The notes under the pieces were generated by a model. That model did no database searches and was not told the DNA's origin. It worked only from the letters and a program-made list of their open reading frames with translations. Source: Octopus bimaculoides (lineage: Eukaryota). From it: a stretch of 64,000 bases of DNA. This document shows positions 13,827 through 26,686 of the stretch, piece after piece; positions within the stretch are counted from its first letter, which is position 1; each line of letters begins with the position of its first letter. The stretch lies in NCBI RefSeq assembly GCF_001194135.2, contig NC_068985.1:102425702-102489701 (forward strand), given 5' to 3'. A program made the position numbers and the translations under genes.

Positions 13827-14561
13827 GTATAGTATATTATTTATAAAATCCGATGCCCATAAAGTGCCAAAGCGCCTGAAGATAGCAAGTGGTCAGAAGT
13901 TTACTTTCCGTTATCTTACTTATTTTTGTTTTTGCTAAAAGCTATTTGACTGCCATGATTTGCATGACCAGTGCAATTTAATGTTTATAGATGAATTGTA
14001 CTAAGTGAGGAATAACATCTTTGCATTGTTGACATTCACTAAAGACATAATTTGATTTATTATACCTTTATATTTAAAACTATTCAACATCCCGCAAGGC
14101 AATATAGAAATAGTACATCGTTTTATTGGAAGTGTATTTTATTTAAGATATAAATATATCTAGTCTTGTTTCACGTTTCCATTAGTCTCACAAATTTCAA
14201 CATACTGAGATAAGGAAAACGTACTTATACATAAATATATATCTGTGTGTGTATGTGTGTGTTAACTTGAATGTGTGCATTTGTGTGCATGTGTGTGCAT
14301 TCGTGTCTGTCTCTATGTGTTTAAAAACACACAGAGACATATATATATNNNNNNNNNNNNNNNNNNNNNNNNNNNNNNNNNNNNNNNNNNNNNNNNNNNN
14401 NNNNNNNNNNNNNNNNNNNNNNNNNNNNNNNNNNNNNNNNNNNNNNNNNNNNNNNNNNNNNNNNNNNNNNNNNNNNNNNNNNNNNNNNNNNNNNNNNNNN
14501 NNNNNNNNNNNNNNNNNNNNNNNNNNNNNNNNNNNNNNTATATATATATATATATATATAT

Positions 14562-14648
<87 letters not shown>

Positions 14649-14650
14649 TA

Positions 14651-15023
14651 GGATGTGGCTGTGTGGTAACAAGCTTGCTTCCCAACCACATGGTTCCCGG
14701 TTCAGATCCACTGCATGGTAATGCACCTTGGTCAAGTGCCTTTTACTATAACCTCGGGCCGACTAAAAGCTTATGAATGGATTTGGTAGCCGGTAACTAA
14801 AAGATGTATGCAGATATTCATGTGCCTTTTTCTTTGTGTCTGTGTTTGTCACTCCCGGCACTCCATCGCTTGATAGCCGCTGTTGATGTGTTCACTCCCC
14901 CGTAACTTAGCGGTTCGGCAAAAGAACCGATAGAATATGTACTAGGCTTTAACAAAAAAAAAATCCTGGGAGTCGATTTGTTTCACTAAAACCATTCAAG
15001 GCGGTGCTCTAGCATGGCCGCAG
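14651..15023 (+). mobile_element. Near full-length family-C tRNA-derived SINE, flanked by (GATA)n on both sides
   Basis: A-box-like TGGCTGTGTGG, B-box-like GGTTCAGATCC, CORE-like caccttggtcaagtgcc, and 3' module gcggtgctctagcatggccgcag. Confidence 0.88.
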
Positions 15024-15049
15024 AAATAGATAGATAGATAGATAGATAT

Positions 15050-15096
<47 letters not shown>

Positions 15097-15174
15097 CTGA
15101 ATCAGTAATATATATACCAATATTCTATTGCATAAGCATGGAATTTATTAAATAATATAATTCTCAGTTAACTA

Positions 15175-15387
15175 ATATTGATTTCAAATTTTGGCACAAC
15201 GCCAGCAATTTCAGAGGATTGTCGATTACTACTACTCCAGTATTCAACTAATACTTATTTTATCGACCCCCAGAAAATGGAAAGTTAACTTGACCTCAAC
15301 GGGATTTGAACTCTGAACACGAAAACAGACGAAATGCCACTAAGCAGTTTGTCTGACGTGCTCACGATTCAACGACTTCGTCGCCTT
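15175..15387 (-). mobile_element. Family-D SINE
   Basis: Colinear with 61499-61732 (atttgaactc, gacgaaatgccactaagca, tcgcc) and carries the gccagcaattt/ttttggcaca tail. Confidence 0.82.
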
Positions 15388-15921
15388 TACTCACTTAATA
15401 AAGAGTGTGGAAAACTGAAATGGTTAAGAACTCAATTTATAACCAACATAAGTTATGCTCAAAACGCGACTGAAAGAGACGTAGCAAGACATTTAAAAGA
15501 TGCATCATTATATTACAAGAACATAACTGTCGAATATTTCCAATTAAATTATACAATAGATTTTTTCAATATATATGCAACAGTTGTTCTCATACGCACA
15601 TCATTTTTCATAAACGTAGAGCAATATTTTCAATAATAATTTAAACCGCTCCCTTTCCCCCATTTCTTTTCATTTAATACCGAACCTCATCTGTGCTTCA
15701 GTCGCATTTCTTTTGTGAAAATTTTCTGTTCAATTCGAAAAACTGCAAAAATAATTAAATATTTAAATATATCGTTAACATTTCAAAGATATGATTAGCT
15801 CGATTTGAAGTTCACTTCAAAATCTGAATGATTAGTGTCATCATAAATAGGAGCAGGGATGGTAATAAATAGAGAAGTTATTATTAAAACGGAATTCCAG
15901 TCAAATGTTTGACCAACTTAT

Positions 15922-16143
15922 TATTGGTTTCAAATTTCTTTCACGAGGCCAGCAATTCCGAGGGTTGGCTAAGTTGATTAAATCACCCACACCCTCGTTC
16001 TAAACTGGATTTTATTTTATCAACGCCAAGAGAATGAAAGATAAAGTCAACTATCGCGTCATTCGAACACACAACATACAGACGGACAATATGCCGCTAG
16101 GCGTTTTGTCCCGCGTGCTAAGGATTCTGCTTGCTCACCACCT
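15922..16143 (-). mobile_element. Family-D SINE
   Basis: ttggtttcaaa..gccagcaatt..gaatgaaagataaagtcaac..cgtgctaaggattctgcttgctcaccacc. Confidence 0.78.
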
Positions 16144-18534
16144 TTCACCATGTGTACTCCTCACGTAGACCAAATAAGCGTAACAGTGCAACATGAGTGG
16201 ACCTTAAAATCACATGTATAATCTATGCAAAAAGAGAGGCATAAAACGAGAATGAGAATGTTTTTCAACACTATTTTCGTTCAACATTTAACGACCTTGA
16301 AAGGAACAAAATCCGTAATAAACACCGTCAGTCTTACTCTCCGGTGTTATAATGCTTCTGCTGTTTTGTCGCATTGCCTTCAATATAAATACAACTTGGA
16401 TCATCATTGGTTGCAACTATACCACAAGCAACCATAAACCCGGATTTTTCTTTCTCCTCATATTAAAGAAAACAGATAAATGTGTTGAATTTTCAGTCCT
16501 TATAGTATTACATGACAGAAAGACAAAATAAACACAATTTTCTTTGCTCATGAGATGTCTTGTAGGTTACTATTTCATACTAAATTTATGACATCAAGTT
16601 ATTTTGAGATACTGTTTGACTGATTAAAGTAACCATATATCTAGATTATCTGGTACTGATCCCGAAGAGCGGCAGAAATAAAGAATCTTTTCTCGTTTAA
16701 TAAATATACGGAAAACTCTGAGGCCAATTGAATTCTTTACATTATAGCTTTATGCCTTTTATGTTGTCGATTAGTCTTCCATTCAATTTATAAAATGCCA
16801 TATTCTAAGAGAATATTCTAAACCTATCATGTGGGAGCCAGTGCAATAATTGCTTCTCACACAGGTGTAAAATCAAGAATTTTATTAGAGGAAAGGGAAA
16901 TTAGAAAATGGAATATTATTTTAATTCCAAAGAACGTTAATATCGCAAGGCATGTTTAATGGTTGCAATATTAAGGAATAAACCGGAGTTAAACTAAACT
17001 GAATAGAAGCCATCTCTTTTATTTTATTTTGCTTGCTGAGATTGGGGTAAAATGATATGAAATATCTAGCGCTAATACTTACTCATATGTTTTACTGAAT
17101 ACAGTAAATCCATCATCTGGGAGGCGGGTAGGTAAGGGATCATGATTTCTGCATCGCTGTAATACACATAAACCTCTTCTCCATACATGCGAAATATGCA
17201 CGATTTATTGCAGTTACTGGTCTCTACTTTGTGTCGTTAAACAAGTTTAGAATATCAGGGATTTAATACCTCGTTTTCGGTGTGTCAACAGCCATAGTTT
17301 TTACTTGCGTGGGCTTAAAACACTTCACAGTTAGTAAAAAGTATGAAGAGATATAGGCTGCACATTAATGTATGATTCATTTCTTTATAACCTGTTCAAT
17401 ACTAAATCATTAAAAACATTGGACACACACACACATATGCATATGTATGATATGTATGCATGTGTGTATATATGTGTGTGTGCTTGTATGTGTGTGTGTG
17501 TGTGTGTGTGTGCATGTGTATACGATTAAATAGTTAATTGTATTAGTCAAGACATTTCAAATAAGAACGTCAGTTGATGCAACAAAATATTGTGCATTCA
17601 TGATATGTATTACGAAGAACTTATCGGTCTACTGCTGTATTCACCATCTCAGAAAACATGTGACTCTTGTTTTTCTCTACTCCGAAGTCAGAGTTCTGAT
17701 GGATAGGAACTATGAATATGTACGATCCAGCAATGACCATGTCGTCTTTTTGCAATAAGATGGATTTTACTATGCAATGCATCCATCTTAATTCAACACT
17801 TCAAGGTGATGTCTAAGGAAAATTTAGCAACTAGTTTGAATGTGGCTAGCGGCAGTCTAGACTATCCAGTGGTGACTAAAATCAAATCTTCCAAGATGTA
17901 TAAGGTGCAATCCTGATAATAAAAGGGTTGGTCACTCATTGATGGATGAACTATTATCGATTAGAAAATTAATCAAGCAATTGACTCTATTTATATATCA
18001 GTTATGTGCGATAATTAAATATTGATCACGGCTGTCTTCTGCATACAATTTTGCATATACGCATTGATTGAGAGAGAACGATATATAGCTGATTCGTAAA
18101 TGCTAATCATGTTGAAATGTAATGAAAAAAACACGATTTGCTAGTTCTGTGAATGCTAATCAGAATGTAATTAGTATCGTTCAATGCTCATTTTTATCTT
18201 GGACTTCTTCGAATTGGTTCATCATATTCTATAGATAACTCTGTTCTGGTAATTTCCTGCTTATTGGGCTGACGAAGAAATCATTCTGAACGCTTTAATC
18301 GCATGCCTTTCTTAAAATGAATTCCAATATTATACTTGAACTATTTTGGGAACAAAATGGAGAAAACACCGCAAATGTTTGAAATTACTCTGTTGTTAGC
18401 ATGAAATAAAAGAACTAATGGCGGTATTATGTATTTGTGTGGTTTTTTTTCTTTTTGTAATGAACGAAAGACCGAGACGTAAAGAACAAAACTAATTATG
18501 CTAGTAATGATGACACTCATTTAGATCACGATCA

Positions 18535-18557
18535 TCATCATCATCATATCCTCACCC

Positions 18558-18588
<31 letters not shown>

Positions 18589-18605
18589 CGCATCGCCATC
18601 ATCAT

Positions 18606-18659
<54 letters not shown>

Positions 18660-18670
18660 CAGCATCATTA
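18535..18670. repeat. (CAT)n-(CAG)n compound microsatellite
   Basis: Direct reading. Confidence 0.95.
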
Positions 18671-19207
18671 TTGTTACATCAATCTCATTGTTATCATCTG
18701 TCATCATCAAAACCAGAATTCCTTATTGTACAAACGTGTCCATACACACAATGTTGAAAAACCGTTGCACCGAAAGAGAGTTCGAAAATGTATGTATTTC
18801 TGCTTGCGCACGCGCGTGTGTGTATGCGTGTGCGCGCATGCGTGCATGTGTGTGCATGCATGTGTGTGTTTATACATGTATGTATATAATAAATAGAAGC
18901 GCGGCGAGAACCATTGTGCATGTTTTATGGGCGGCCATACATTTGATGCACAAGACGATTGCAAATACGGCCAACCACGCACACAATTATGAGCTTATTA
19001 GAGTTCATCTATATACATGAGTTTTTAATTTCCTTAGATACCCCCACCTGCTTATTATTACATATTTTTGTATATTTCTATACTTTTAATGCTTCCATCC
19101 TCTCTACCTATCAACCAAATTTATTACACGTTCACTTATGATCGCTTTTAAAATTTCTTCTTTTCTGTATTCCTGTCCTTCATCCTGTCTGTGGCAGTGT
19201 TACCCCA

Positions 19208-19250
<43 letters not shown>

Positions 19251-19280
19251 TATATATAGTTTATTATTTCCGAAGGCGAC

Positions 19281-19281
19281 G

Positions 19282-19363
<82 letters not shown>

Positions 19364-19462
19364 CGGTGGTGGACGTGGTGGACGCGGTGGACGTGGTGGA
19401 TGTGGTGGAGGTGGTGGTGGTGATGGTGGTTGTGGTGGTGGTGGTGGTATTAGTAGTAGTAT

Positions 19463-19493
<31 letters not shown>

Positions 19494-19641
19494 GGTGGTC
19501 GTAGTAGTAGTAGTAGTAGTAGTAGTAGCGGTGGTGGACGTGGTGGACGTGGTGGACGTGGTGGATGTGGTGGAGGTGGTGGTAATGATGGTGGTTGTGG
19601 TGGTGGTGGTGGTAGTAGTAGTAGTAATAGTAGTAGTAGTA

Positions 19642-19691
<50 letters not shown>

Positions 19692-19692
19692 T
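19281..19692. repeat. (GTA)n/(GTG)n compound array with an internal 165-nt-period duplication
   Basis: Unit gcggtggtggacgtggtggac... starts at both 19363 and 19528. Confidence 0.93.
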
Positions 19693-20374
19693 TTCATAAA
19701 TAAGACAAAATGATGAGATCATTGATAATAATAATAATAACGAATCAATAGAGCAAAAATTGATACTGTAGCTAATATTTCCTAATTGTTATAATTATTA
19801 TAGCCACGCTTTTTTGTTACCTTTTTTTTTTTTCTATTTTCAATTGTTTCATTCCGGTTAAAAATCGTGATGTGCATCTTAAAAAAGCGATGTTCTAACT
19901 TTTCGAGACAAAAGTACTGCTCGTATAACTTTCTGCAGACCATTATTTTCAGATAATTCAATAAACAGTGGAATTATTATTGAATTTCCATTTTTTTTTT
20001 TTAACAACGGCGAATTTCAGCATGACTTGTTATATAACATCAGATGTATTATTATGTTTCTGTGTATATAGAACCAGTAAAAAGCAGAGGCTGAGGTCGC
20101 TACTCATGGTCTTTGTCGGCAGAATTCATTGTTTAGTGTTTGATATTTGGAAATAATCGTTCAAAGACCGTATTTAGAAATGAAATGTCATTTACTATGG
20201 TTTAGAGTAGCACCTGTAGGGCAGCTTGTTTAAAATATTTCAAGTAAGCGATAGAAACTTCTCAACAATTTCTTGCGTATCCACGAACTCACGAACGACA
20301 CCTCCCGACCTCCAGCAAATTTTTGCACCGAACAAGATCTTAGCTCGAGCCGTCTAAAATCTCATATATATTTA

Positions 20375-20550
20375 ATTCTTTTACTTATTTCAGCCTGGTG
20401 CCATGCTGGGACATTGCCTTGAATAGTTTAATCGAACAAGTAGATTCCAGTGCTTGGTCTTTTGTTTTATTAGTTTCTTTTACCGAAACGTTAATTTAGT
20501 GGAACGCAAACAAACCAAAACCACTTGTCAAGCGGTAGACGGAGACAAGC
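20375..20550 (-). mobile_element. 3' half of a family-C SINE
   Basis: Reverse complement matches the C body and tail (gtgcttgtctccgtctaccgcttgacaag..gcaatgtcccagcatggcac..aaataagtaaaaga). Confidence 0.7.
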
Positions 20551-20894
20551 ACAAATAGAATCACACACACACACACACACTCTCTCTATCTCTCTCTCTC
20601 TCTCTCTCTCACAAACACATTAAGACACATATATACATGATGAGCTTTGACACAGATACCGTCTACCAAATTCACTCACAAGACATTGGTAGTCCCAAGC
20701 TATTATAGAAATTCTCTCATGATGCTGTTTAACGGAAATGAACGGGAAATCACGTGGTTACGAAGCAGGCATCTTAGTCACACTGTTGCGTCTGCGCTTG
20801 AAATTAGGCGTCATCGAGCTTCGAACGCGCAACATGCTGCATATTAAGAAGTGATAATCGCTACAGAGAATTTGAATTTATCTTAATTATGAAA

Positions 20895-21224
20895 TTGTTG
20901 TTGTTGGCACTGCGTCGCTCACGACGTCGAGAGTTCCAGTTGATCCGATCAAGGGAAAAGCCTGCTCGTGAAATTAACGTGCAAGTGGCTGAGCACTCCA
21001 CAGGCACGTGTACCCTTAACGTAGTTCTCGGGGATATTCAGTGTGACAACGCTGACCCTTTGAATTACAGATACGACAAAAACAGGAAGTAAGAGAAGAT
21101 GAAAGATTACAGCAGATGTAGGTGTTTTCGCTCAATAAACACTCACAACGCCCGGTCTGGGAATCGAAACCGCGATCCTATGACTGCGAGTCCGCTGCCC
21201 TAACCACTGGGCCATTACGGCTCC
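20895..21224 (-). mobile_element. Full-length family-A SINE with a 10-bp target-site duplication
   Basis: A box TGGCCCAGTGG, B box GGTTTCGATTCC, (AAC)n tail; TTATGAAATT at both 20887-20896 and 21229-21238. Confidence 0.92.
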
Positions 21225-21304
21225 ACAGTTATGAAATTATAACATGCTTAAATCTGTTTCAATGAAAGCGTTCGCTTTATGCTTGCCATTTTGCTTATAT
21301 TTTA

Positions 21305-21410
21305 CTGTAAACTGCCCACACTGTCCAGGTGGGGAATTAATACGCCATGAAACCAAGAAACCGACGCTTATGAGTCGACATGACTCGAGAAGGTAACTTT
21401 ACCTTTCTAT
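21305..21410 (+). mobile_element. 3' fragment related to the family-B SINE tail
   Basis: gtccaggtgggg..tacgccatgaaaccaagaaaccgacgcttatgag resembles the B tail gtccaactagaggaacacacacgccatagaaaccgtggaaccgggcccatgag (63210-63262). Confidence 0.5.
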
Positions 21411-22983
21411 ACAATAACATAAATACTCTATCTAAAACCATAAAATAACCTTAAAGAATATAAGACAAATTTCGCACCGAAATTTTGTCGTTGGTTATGG
21501 AATTCTGAAATATCAAATATTGTTTGCTTTGCATTGTAATCATGATTTCTATCCTCTTTAACTGTAATGCTATATCACACGAATAATAAAAAGCTTGTTC
21601 TTTAGTTTCTGATGCGGAGTTATTACAGATTCCCATAAGTATAATAATCATTTCATATCCATCATTTAACTTTTTTTTTAGAAATACAGTAGAAATAACA
21701 ACACCGGAAAATAAATAAATAAATGATTTTTCTCTTCTAAATGAGATCACTCTGGTCTCCTGTGATCATTACGTCATTAAATTTTAACTTTTATTGCCGT
21801 CATGGGATAAATAAATTGAGTGTTTGGCAGCGATTTATTGTTGTGGTTGTTATTAAAACTTGATCAATCTAGTTACTGTTATCTTTTTGATTCGTGTTGT
21901 TGGTGTGGTGTATGTAATGAAATATTTGTTCTTGTTATTGTTGTTGTTGCTACTGACGATGATATTTATTTTTTTTATTTTTTATTTTGTATTGTTGATT
22001 TTATAGTCATTGATCTTCAGGCTGTCAATAATGACTTTCTGCAACATTTTAAATAGAACTACAATTGATAACATTCTGTTTTAGGTTATTATAGTTGTTG
22101 TTATTTTGACTTTTGTTGTCGTTATTGTTTAGCTCCCATGTCAGTTCTCATCGAGCAGATCTATGATCAAAAGCGTTTCTCTCATGGACACACATTTTTT
22201 TATACAAACAGATTGTGTCTAAGACGATAGGATATGGTTTCAGAGAGATTTATGATATATTTTTTGCATAAAATCACACGTCACCTGGGTTTTACTCTTG
22301 TTCTTATTGATTAAGCCTAATCTATTAACCTCTCATCAATACATTATAACCATTGCCCTCCCGACTTTTCCTTCAGGTCAAACTTACCCAATATAAGAAC
22401 GCTTTTTCAGGAATATAGAGTGTAATTCGATTAAGATTCAGCTGCTATTTTTAGCATGTCGAGTTTCCACATAAAAGTTGCTTGTATACGCAATGATATC
22501 AACGTTGATGAAGTTGATTATAGTGATAATTCCAAATAATGTTGTCTCATGGCCTTTGTTTATTACCTTAAATGTGCTTACCACTTGTGCATGTAAACGT
22601 ACAATCTATTCACCCCTAACTACAGACTTGGAATCATTCTTCTTGAATTCACTCTAGTCGGTATCAATATATGAAAAAATTCTCGTTTGGAAAGTTTAGG
22701 TTTGGTAGAGCTTCTCAAATTCGTATGATCACTGCAAAACATTTTCCATGGCCTAACATGTATGCAACAGCGTTTGTACGATTTGATTTTTATTCGTTAT
22801 GTGCTTACAAGCCGCACTCAGTGCGAACTTTTTGCTAATTCCAGCGGAGGGCTAAATGGGACTGCGACACAAAACTTAGACGGAAATAATTGTAAAGCAT
22901 TTATTGTCATCCTGCCATCTCAGATTTATATCACAGAGTATCACATTTGGAGAATTTTGTATCACTGTGGAATTTGGATATCA

Positions 22984-23217
22984 CTATAAAGTAGCAGCAT
23001 AAACAATATTCTTGGTTTTACTGTTTGATGTGAGTATGAAGATATTGTTACCATTTCCAATTCTAGAACAACCAATATAGAGCTGACTATGAGAAAAGTA
23101 CTGTTGCATGAAGTGAAGTCCAGCAATGTTCAATGATTGTCCTTGGCTCTTGTTAATTGACGTTGCAAAACTAACTCTTACTGGAAATTGAAGTCTCTTG
23201 AAGTCTCTTCCAAAAGG
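22984..23217 (-). mobile_element. Helitron Rep/Helicase C-terminal remnant (PIF1-like SF1 helicase motifs V-VI)
   Basis: Translation PF..FKRLQFPVRVSFATSINKSQGQSL..AGL....YFSHSQLYIGCSRIG....IFIL.....TKNIVY matches the Helitron signature FKRxQFPVRLAFAMTINKSQGQSL...FSHGQLYVAxSRV...TKNIVY; homology is lost upstream. Confidence 0.88.
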
Positions 23218-23330
23218 GCATAATATGTCTATGTAGAGCAAATGTAGGTGGAGATGCAGGGGTCCCAGGTGGAGAGATAGAATTTCGCCTTTATTAATTG
23301 TCTATGGGTTTATTCTTAAAACCTCCGATT

Positions 23331-23518
23331 GAAGGTGGCAAGCTGGTAGGTCCATTAGGATAAAATGCTTAGCATTCTGTGTTCAAATTTCGCGAGGTCG
23401 ACTTTGTCTTTAAATCTTTCAGGATCGATAAAATAAATCTCAGTTGAACACTGGGGACAATGTAATCGACTTTTTGCTCCCCTGAATTTGCAGGATTTTG
23501 CCAAAATTTGAAACCAAT
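23331..23518 (+). mobile_element. Family-D SINE
   Basis: aaggtggcaagctgg..gttcaaatttcgcgaggtcgactttgtcttt..atcgataaaataa..ctgggg..tgtaatcgac..gccaaaatttgaaaccaat. Confidence 0.85.
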
Positions 23519-23685
23519 ACTGAACATTCGGAGGACAATATGGTTTACTACTTTGTTAAATATGTCACTCAGGTAACATTTATCGCTGATATTTCAGTAA
23601 CTTTATATAGTCCTTCTCGAGAGACTAGTAATAATATCCTGTTGCTGTTTAATAAATATTGCTGCTTCTGCCACCTTGCTTATGT

Positions 23686-23716
<31 letters not shown>

Positions 23717-24619
23717 TTATTTATTTATTTATTTATTATAGCTCTACGTCAGCTTTTACCGCTGTATAGAGAATTCAATAAATAATGACATATCTAAATG
23801 AGTTGTGTCATATAGACGATAATTTTGCTGTTACGTTTAGTTGTTCTAAATATAAATACAAAACATACTTTAATATTTCTAAACCTAATCCTTGTTATTA
23901 GAACTTCGCTTTCCCGACGATGATCTATTTCTGGCATTTCTCAACATCATAATTAACGATGGTACACGCCTCCTTGCGAGTTATAAAGGTAATGAGCTAC
24001 ATTAATAACGGCCTTCACTGCTGTTTTTGTTGCTAGTCCTCGGATACTTTCTCGTCTTAGAATGTGCTGTCGTTGGATGTAAAAATGCTGTGTAGCATGT
24101 GGCTTACTTTCAATCGTTCTCTGATGCTTACAGTCTATATTTATTGAGAGTGTATAATACTTTAATTCAATACAATTCCATAGGCAATGTGTACTTTCAA
24201 AGAGATTTTACGAGTTTTTGTTTTAAATATACATCTAGCTTCATTCACACAGCTCTCATAATTTCGACTTCACACTTAGCTATAGAGAAATACATAAGAA
24301 ATGCAGAATTATTCGTGTCTTGTATTTTCCCGTTCGTGCTATTCCAAACCATCTGTTGACTTGCAACTTGAGTTCTTGTATCGTGAATTTCTTATTATTT
24401 CTCTTTGATTTTTTTCATCGTCAAATTCACTTGCATGCCTTCGTTATAATACTGCAGAAAGTCAGTATAGTAAAACAATTGTTTTATTTGGACTTTAATC
24501 ATTTATGCTCAATGCGTAATTATATTCATTTTTATGTCTAGTCTTGCTAATTGATATCCCTTTCCGTCAAGGATATTTTACCTATAACTTATTGCAAAAA
24601 TATAGAGTATAGGTATGTG

Positions 24620-24871
24620 TTATGTTATCTTGTCTTTAATTCTCTTTTTAATCTTTCTCATCTGTGTATTTTGTAGTTTGCTTAATACATCGATTTCTAA
24701 GTACTTGTAAATCAGTTTCTCCAAAATTCTGTTATCCTTGGCAGTGAAGTTATCTACTTTCATATCGGAGTCCTTCGTCCATTTTGCTCTCTTTAGATTT
24801 GGGAAACGCCTTATATCAATTACTTTCATAGATGTGTCATGCCTGAAACAGTGTTTATAGCTATTTACCAC
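24620..24871 (-). CDS. Candidate terminal coding exon, product unknown (83 codons to stop)
   Basis: Non-repetitive open frame preceded on the minus strand by the acceptor-like ttttattctgcag. Charged, protein-like composition (VVNSYKHCFRHDTSMKVIDIRRFPNLKRAKW...), but no recognised domain and no partner exons. Confidence 0.25.
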   Translation of the reverse strand: MVNSYKHCFRHDTSMKVIDIRRFPNLKRAKWTKDSDMKVDNFTAKDNRILEKLIYKYLEIDVLSKLQNTQMRKIKKRIKDKIT

Positions 24872-26549
24872 CTGCAGAATAAAATTCGATCGCGTCTATA
24901 TAAAATTATAGTTTATTGTTCCACCTTAGTATTTGTACCCTAGTACAGTCTCATTTAACCTGTCAGTTAAAGTTAGACATACATAGAAAGGGAGAAGCAA
25001 GAGAGCGTCGCCTCGCATTACAGTTCTTTATGTATCCGCAAGATTGTTTAACTTTTTGCAATGACTAGTTTAATGCATCTTTATTATTCATGCGGCTATG
25101 GGTCATGTTTCTAGAATTTATGTGCGAGGAACAGTCAAAAGTCTTCTAGTAGGAAATCTATATTATGCTAAGCTCTGCCTTTCGCGTTTTCTATTCGAAT
25201 AGACTGTTTTGTTTTCAATTATATTATTATTATTCTAATAATTTTGGTTGAACTATCATACCATAGTCTCGAAATCACATTAAGAAAGCAAATATATTTT
25301 TATGGTCCACCAAATCACTTTAGATCGGTTACTGAAATGCTGAATGCATGTGATAATGTTAATGCTTATTTTATGAGCATATATCTGATAGCATTTGCAA
25401 TTTATTACATTTCAGTATTTGAATGTTCAATATTTTGCATATTACCCCTTCGGGATTGATGCGAATTATCCTTTGTAAAACATAACTTAAAGATCTTAGA
25501 GAAACTATGGCGGGGCAATGTATGGCATATTGTGAAAGCTTTCTAGCTGATAACATTAATATATCTGTTAGGTAGATGAATGGGATAGAGACCCTCAGAG
25601 ACACATACACGCACACACTCTTATTGCCTGATATAAAGAAGATACTGTCTCCTCACAAAATTAAGTTACCATTCTCTATTCTCTCGTCCCTTTATTTTGT
25701 AGATTATTTCTTATTCTGAAAATAATATTATCGGTATACAGAAATACATACATAGGGAGAACAAGTTACAACCTGGTGAAAAATAATAAACCGAACGCCA
25801 TTTTCAAGATAAGAGGCGAGAAGAGTTTATTAATAAACGACTTACCAGATGTCATTACTATAGTATAGAAGTGAGCTGTCAAATATAAATAATTTTAGTG
25901 ATATTACCGTTAACTTACAGTAAAATGGAAGCTTAAAAAGTCATGTCATTTATAATTGCTACATAAGAAATTGTGCAATATCCTTTCTGTTCACCCTTTA
26001 ACTTCGAAAATAATTTCATGCTTGTTCCAGTTATGAAGTTAACTATCTCCCAAAAACAGAATTCGTATCTTCTGCAAGTCACGTTGCCTCGGTAAACTTG
26101 ACATATGCCAGCAATAAATAGTTTCTCACATGACATTACTCAACAAAGACAGATTGTTATATAAAACTGACTTCTGCAGTGAAGACTACTGAAATTTTAA
26201 GTGTATCTCATTACGCAGTAAAAGGGGTTAAAGATTTGACAATGTGTTTCAGAAAACTTACAAATATGTCCCATTAAATGGCAATGCTGTCTTCATCTCC
26301 TTTTAATGCGGGACGGCTATACTCATAACACCTTTCAGGAACGGTAAGAGATAAAAAGAGAACGCTATACTCAAAACATGTAACTAGTATGAATATTTCG
26401 GGAGGGAAGATTCTGCCAATACACCCAGAGAAATGGTAGAGATTTTAAATTCGCTGAAAAAAAGAAATCGGAAACCTAAATAGACCTTCAGGAGAATTGA
26501 ACTAGAACGAATAGAACAAATGAGGCTTCCCAGAATCGTCATTCCACAC

Positions 26550-26686
26550 CCTAACAGTGTACTTTATTTATCGACCTTTCACTGAATAAAGCAAAATCTT
26601 CCTCAGTAAGGTTTGAATTCTGATCGCCCAGAGCAAGAAAATATACTTCAAAATATCTCGTACGATTCTCTGACTAGCCACACTTA
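26550..26686 (-). mobile_element. Degenerate family-D SINE
   Basis: tactttatttatcgacc..aaagcaaaatcttcctcag..tttgaattctga..ttctctgactagcca. Confidence 0.55.

Noticed and set aside
18262-18300. Hammerhead-like CTGACGA-agaa/atca/ttct-GAACG
   Set aside because: Missing one conserved A and the cleavage triplet; stem I does not form convincingly
19200-19713. Mucin-like poly-T/S ORF (minus) and poly-V ORF (plus)
   Set aside because: Pure (GTA)/(GTG) repeat that starts and ends in simple sequence
26320-26350. Possible 5-nt microexon cctttcag|GAACG|gtaaga
   Set aside because: Weak pyrimidine tract, frame-shifting length, and within chance expectation
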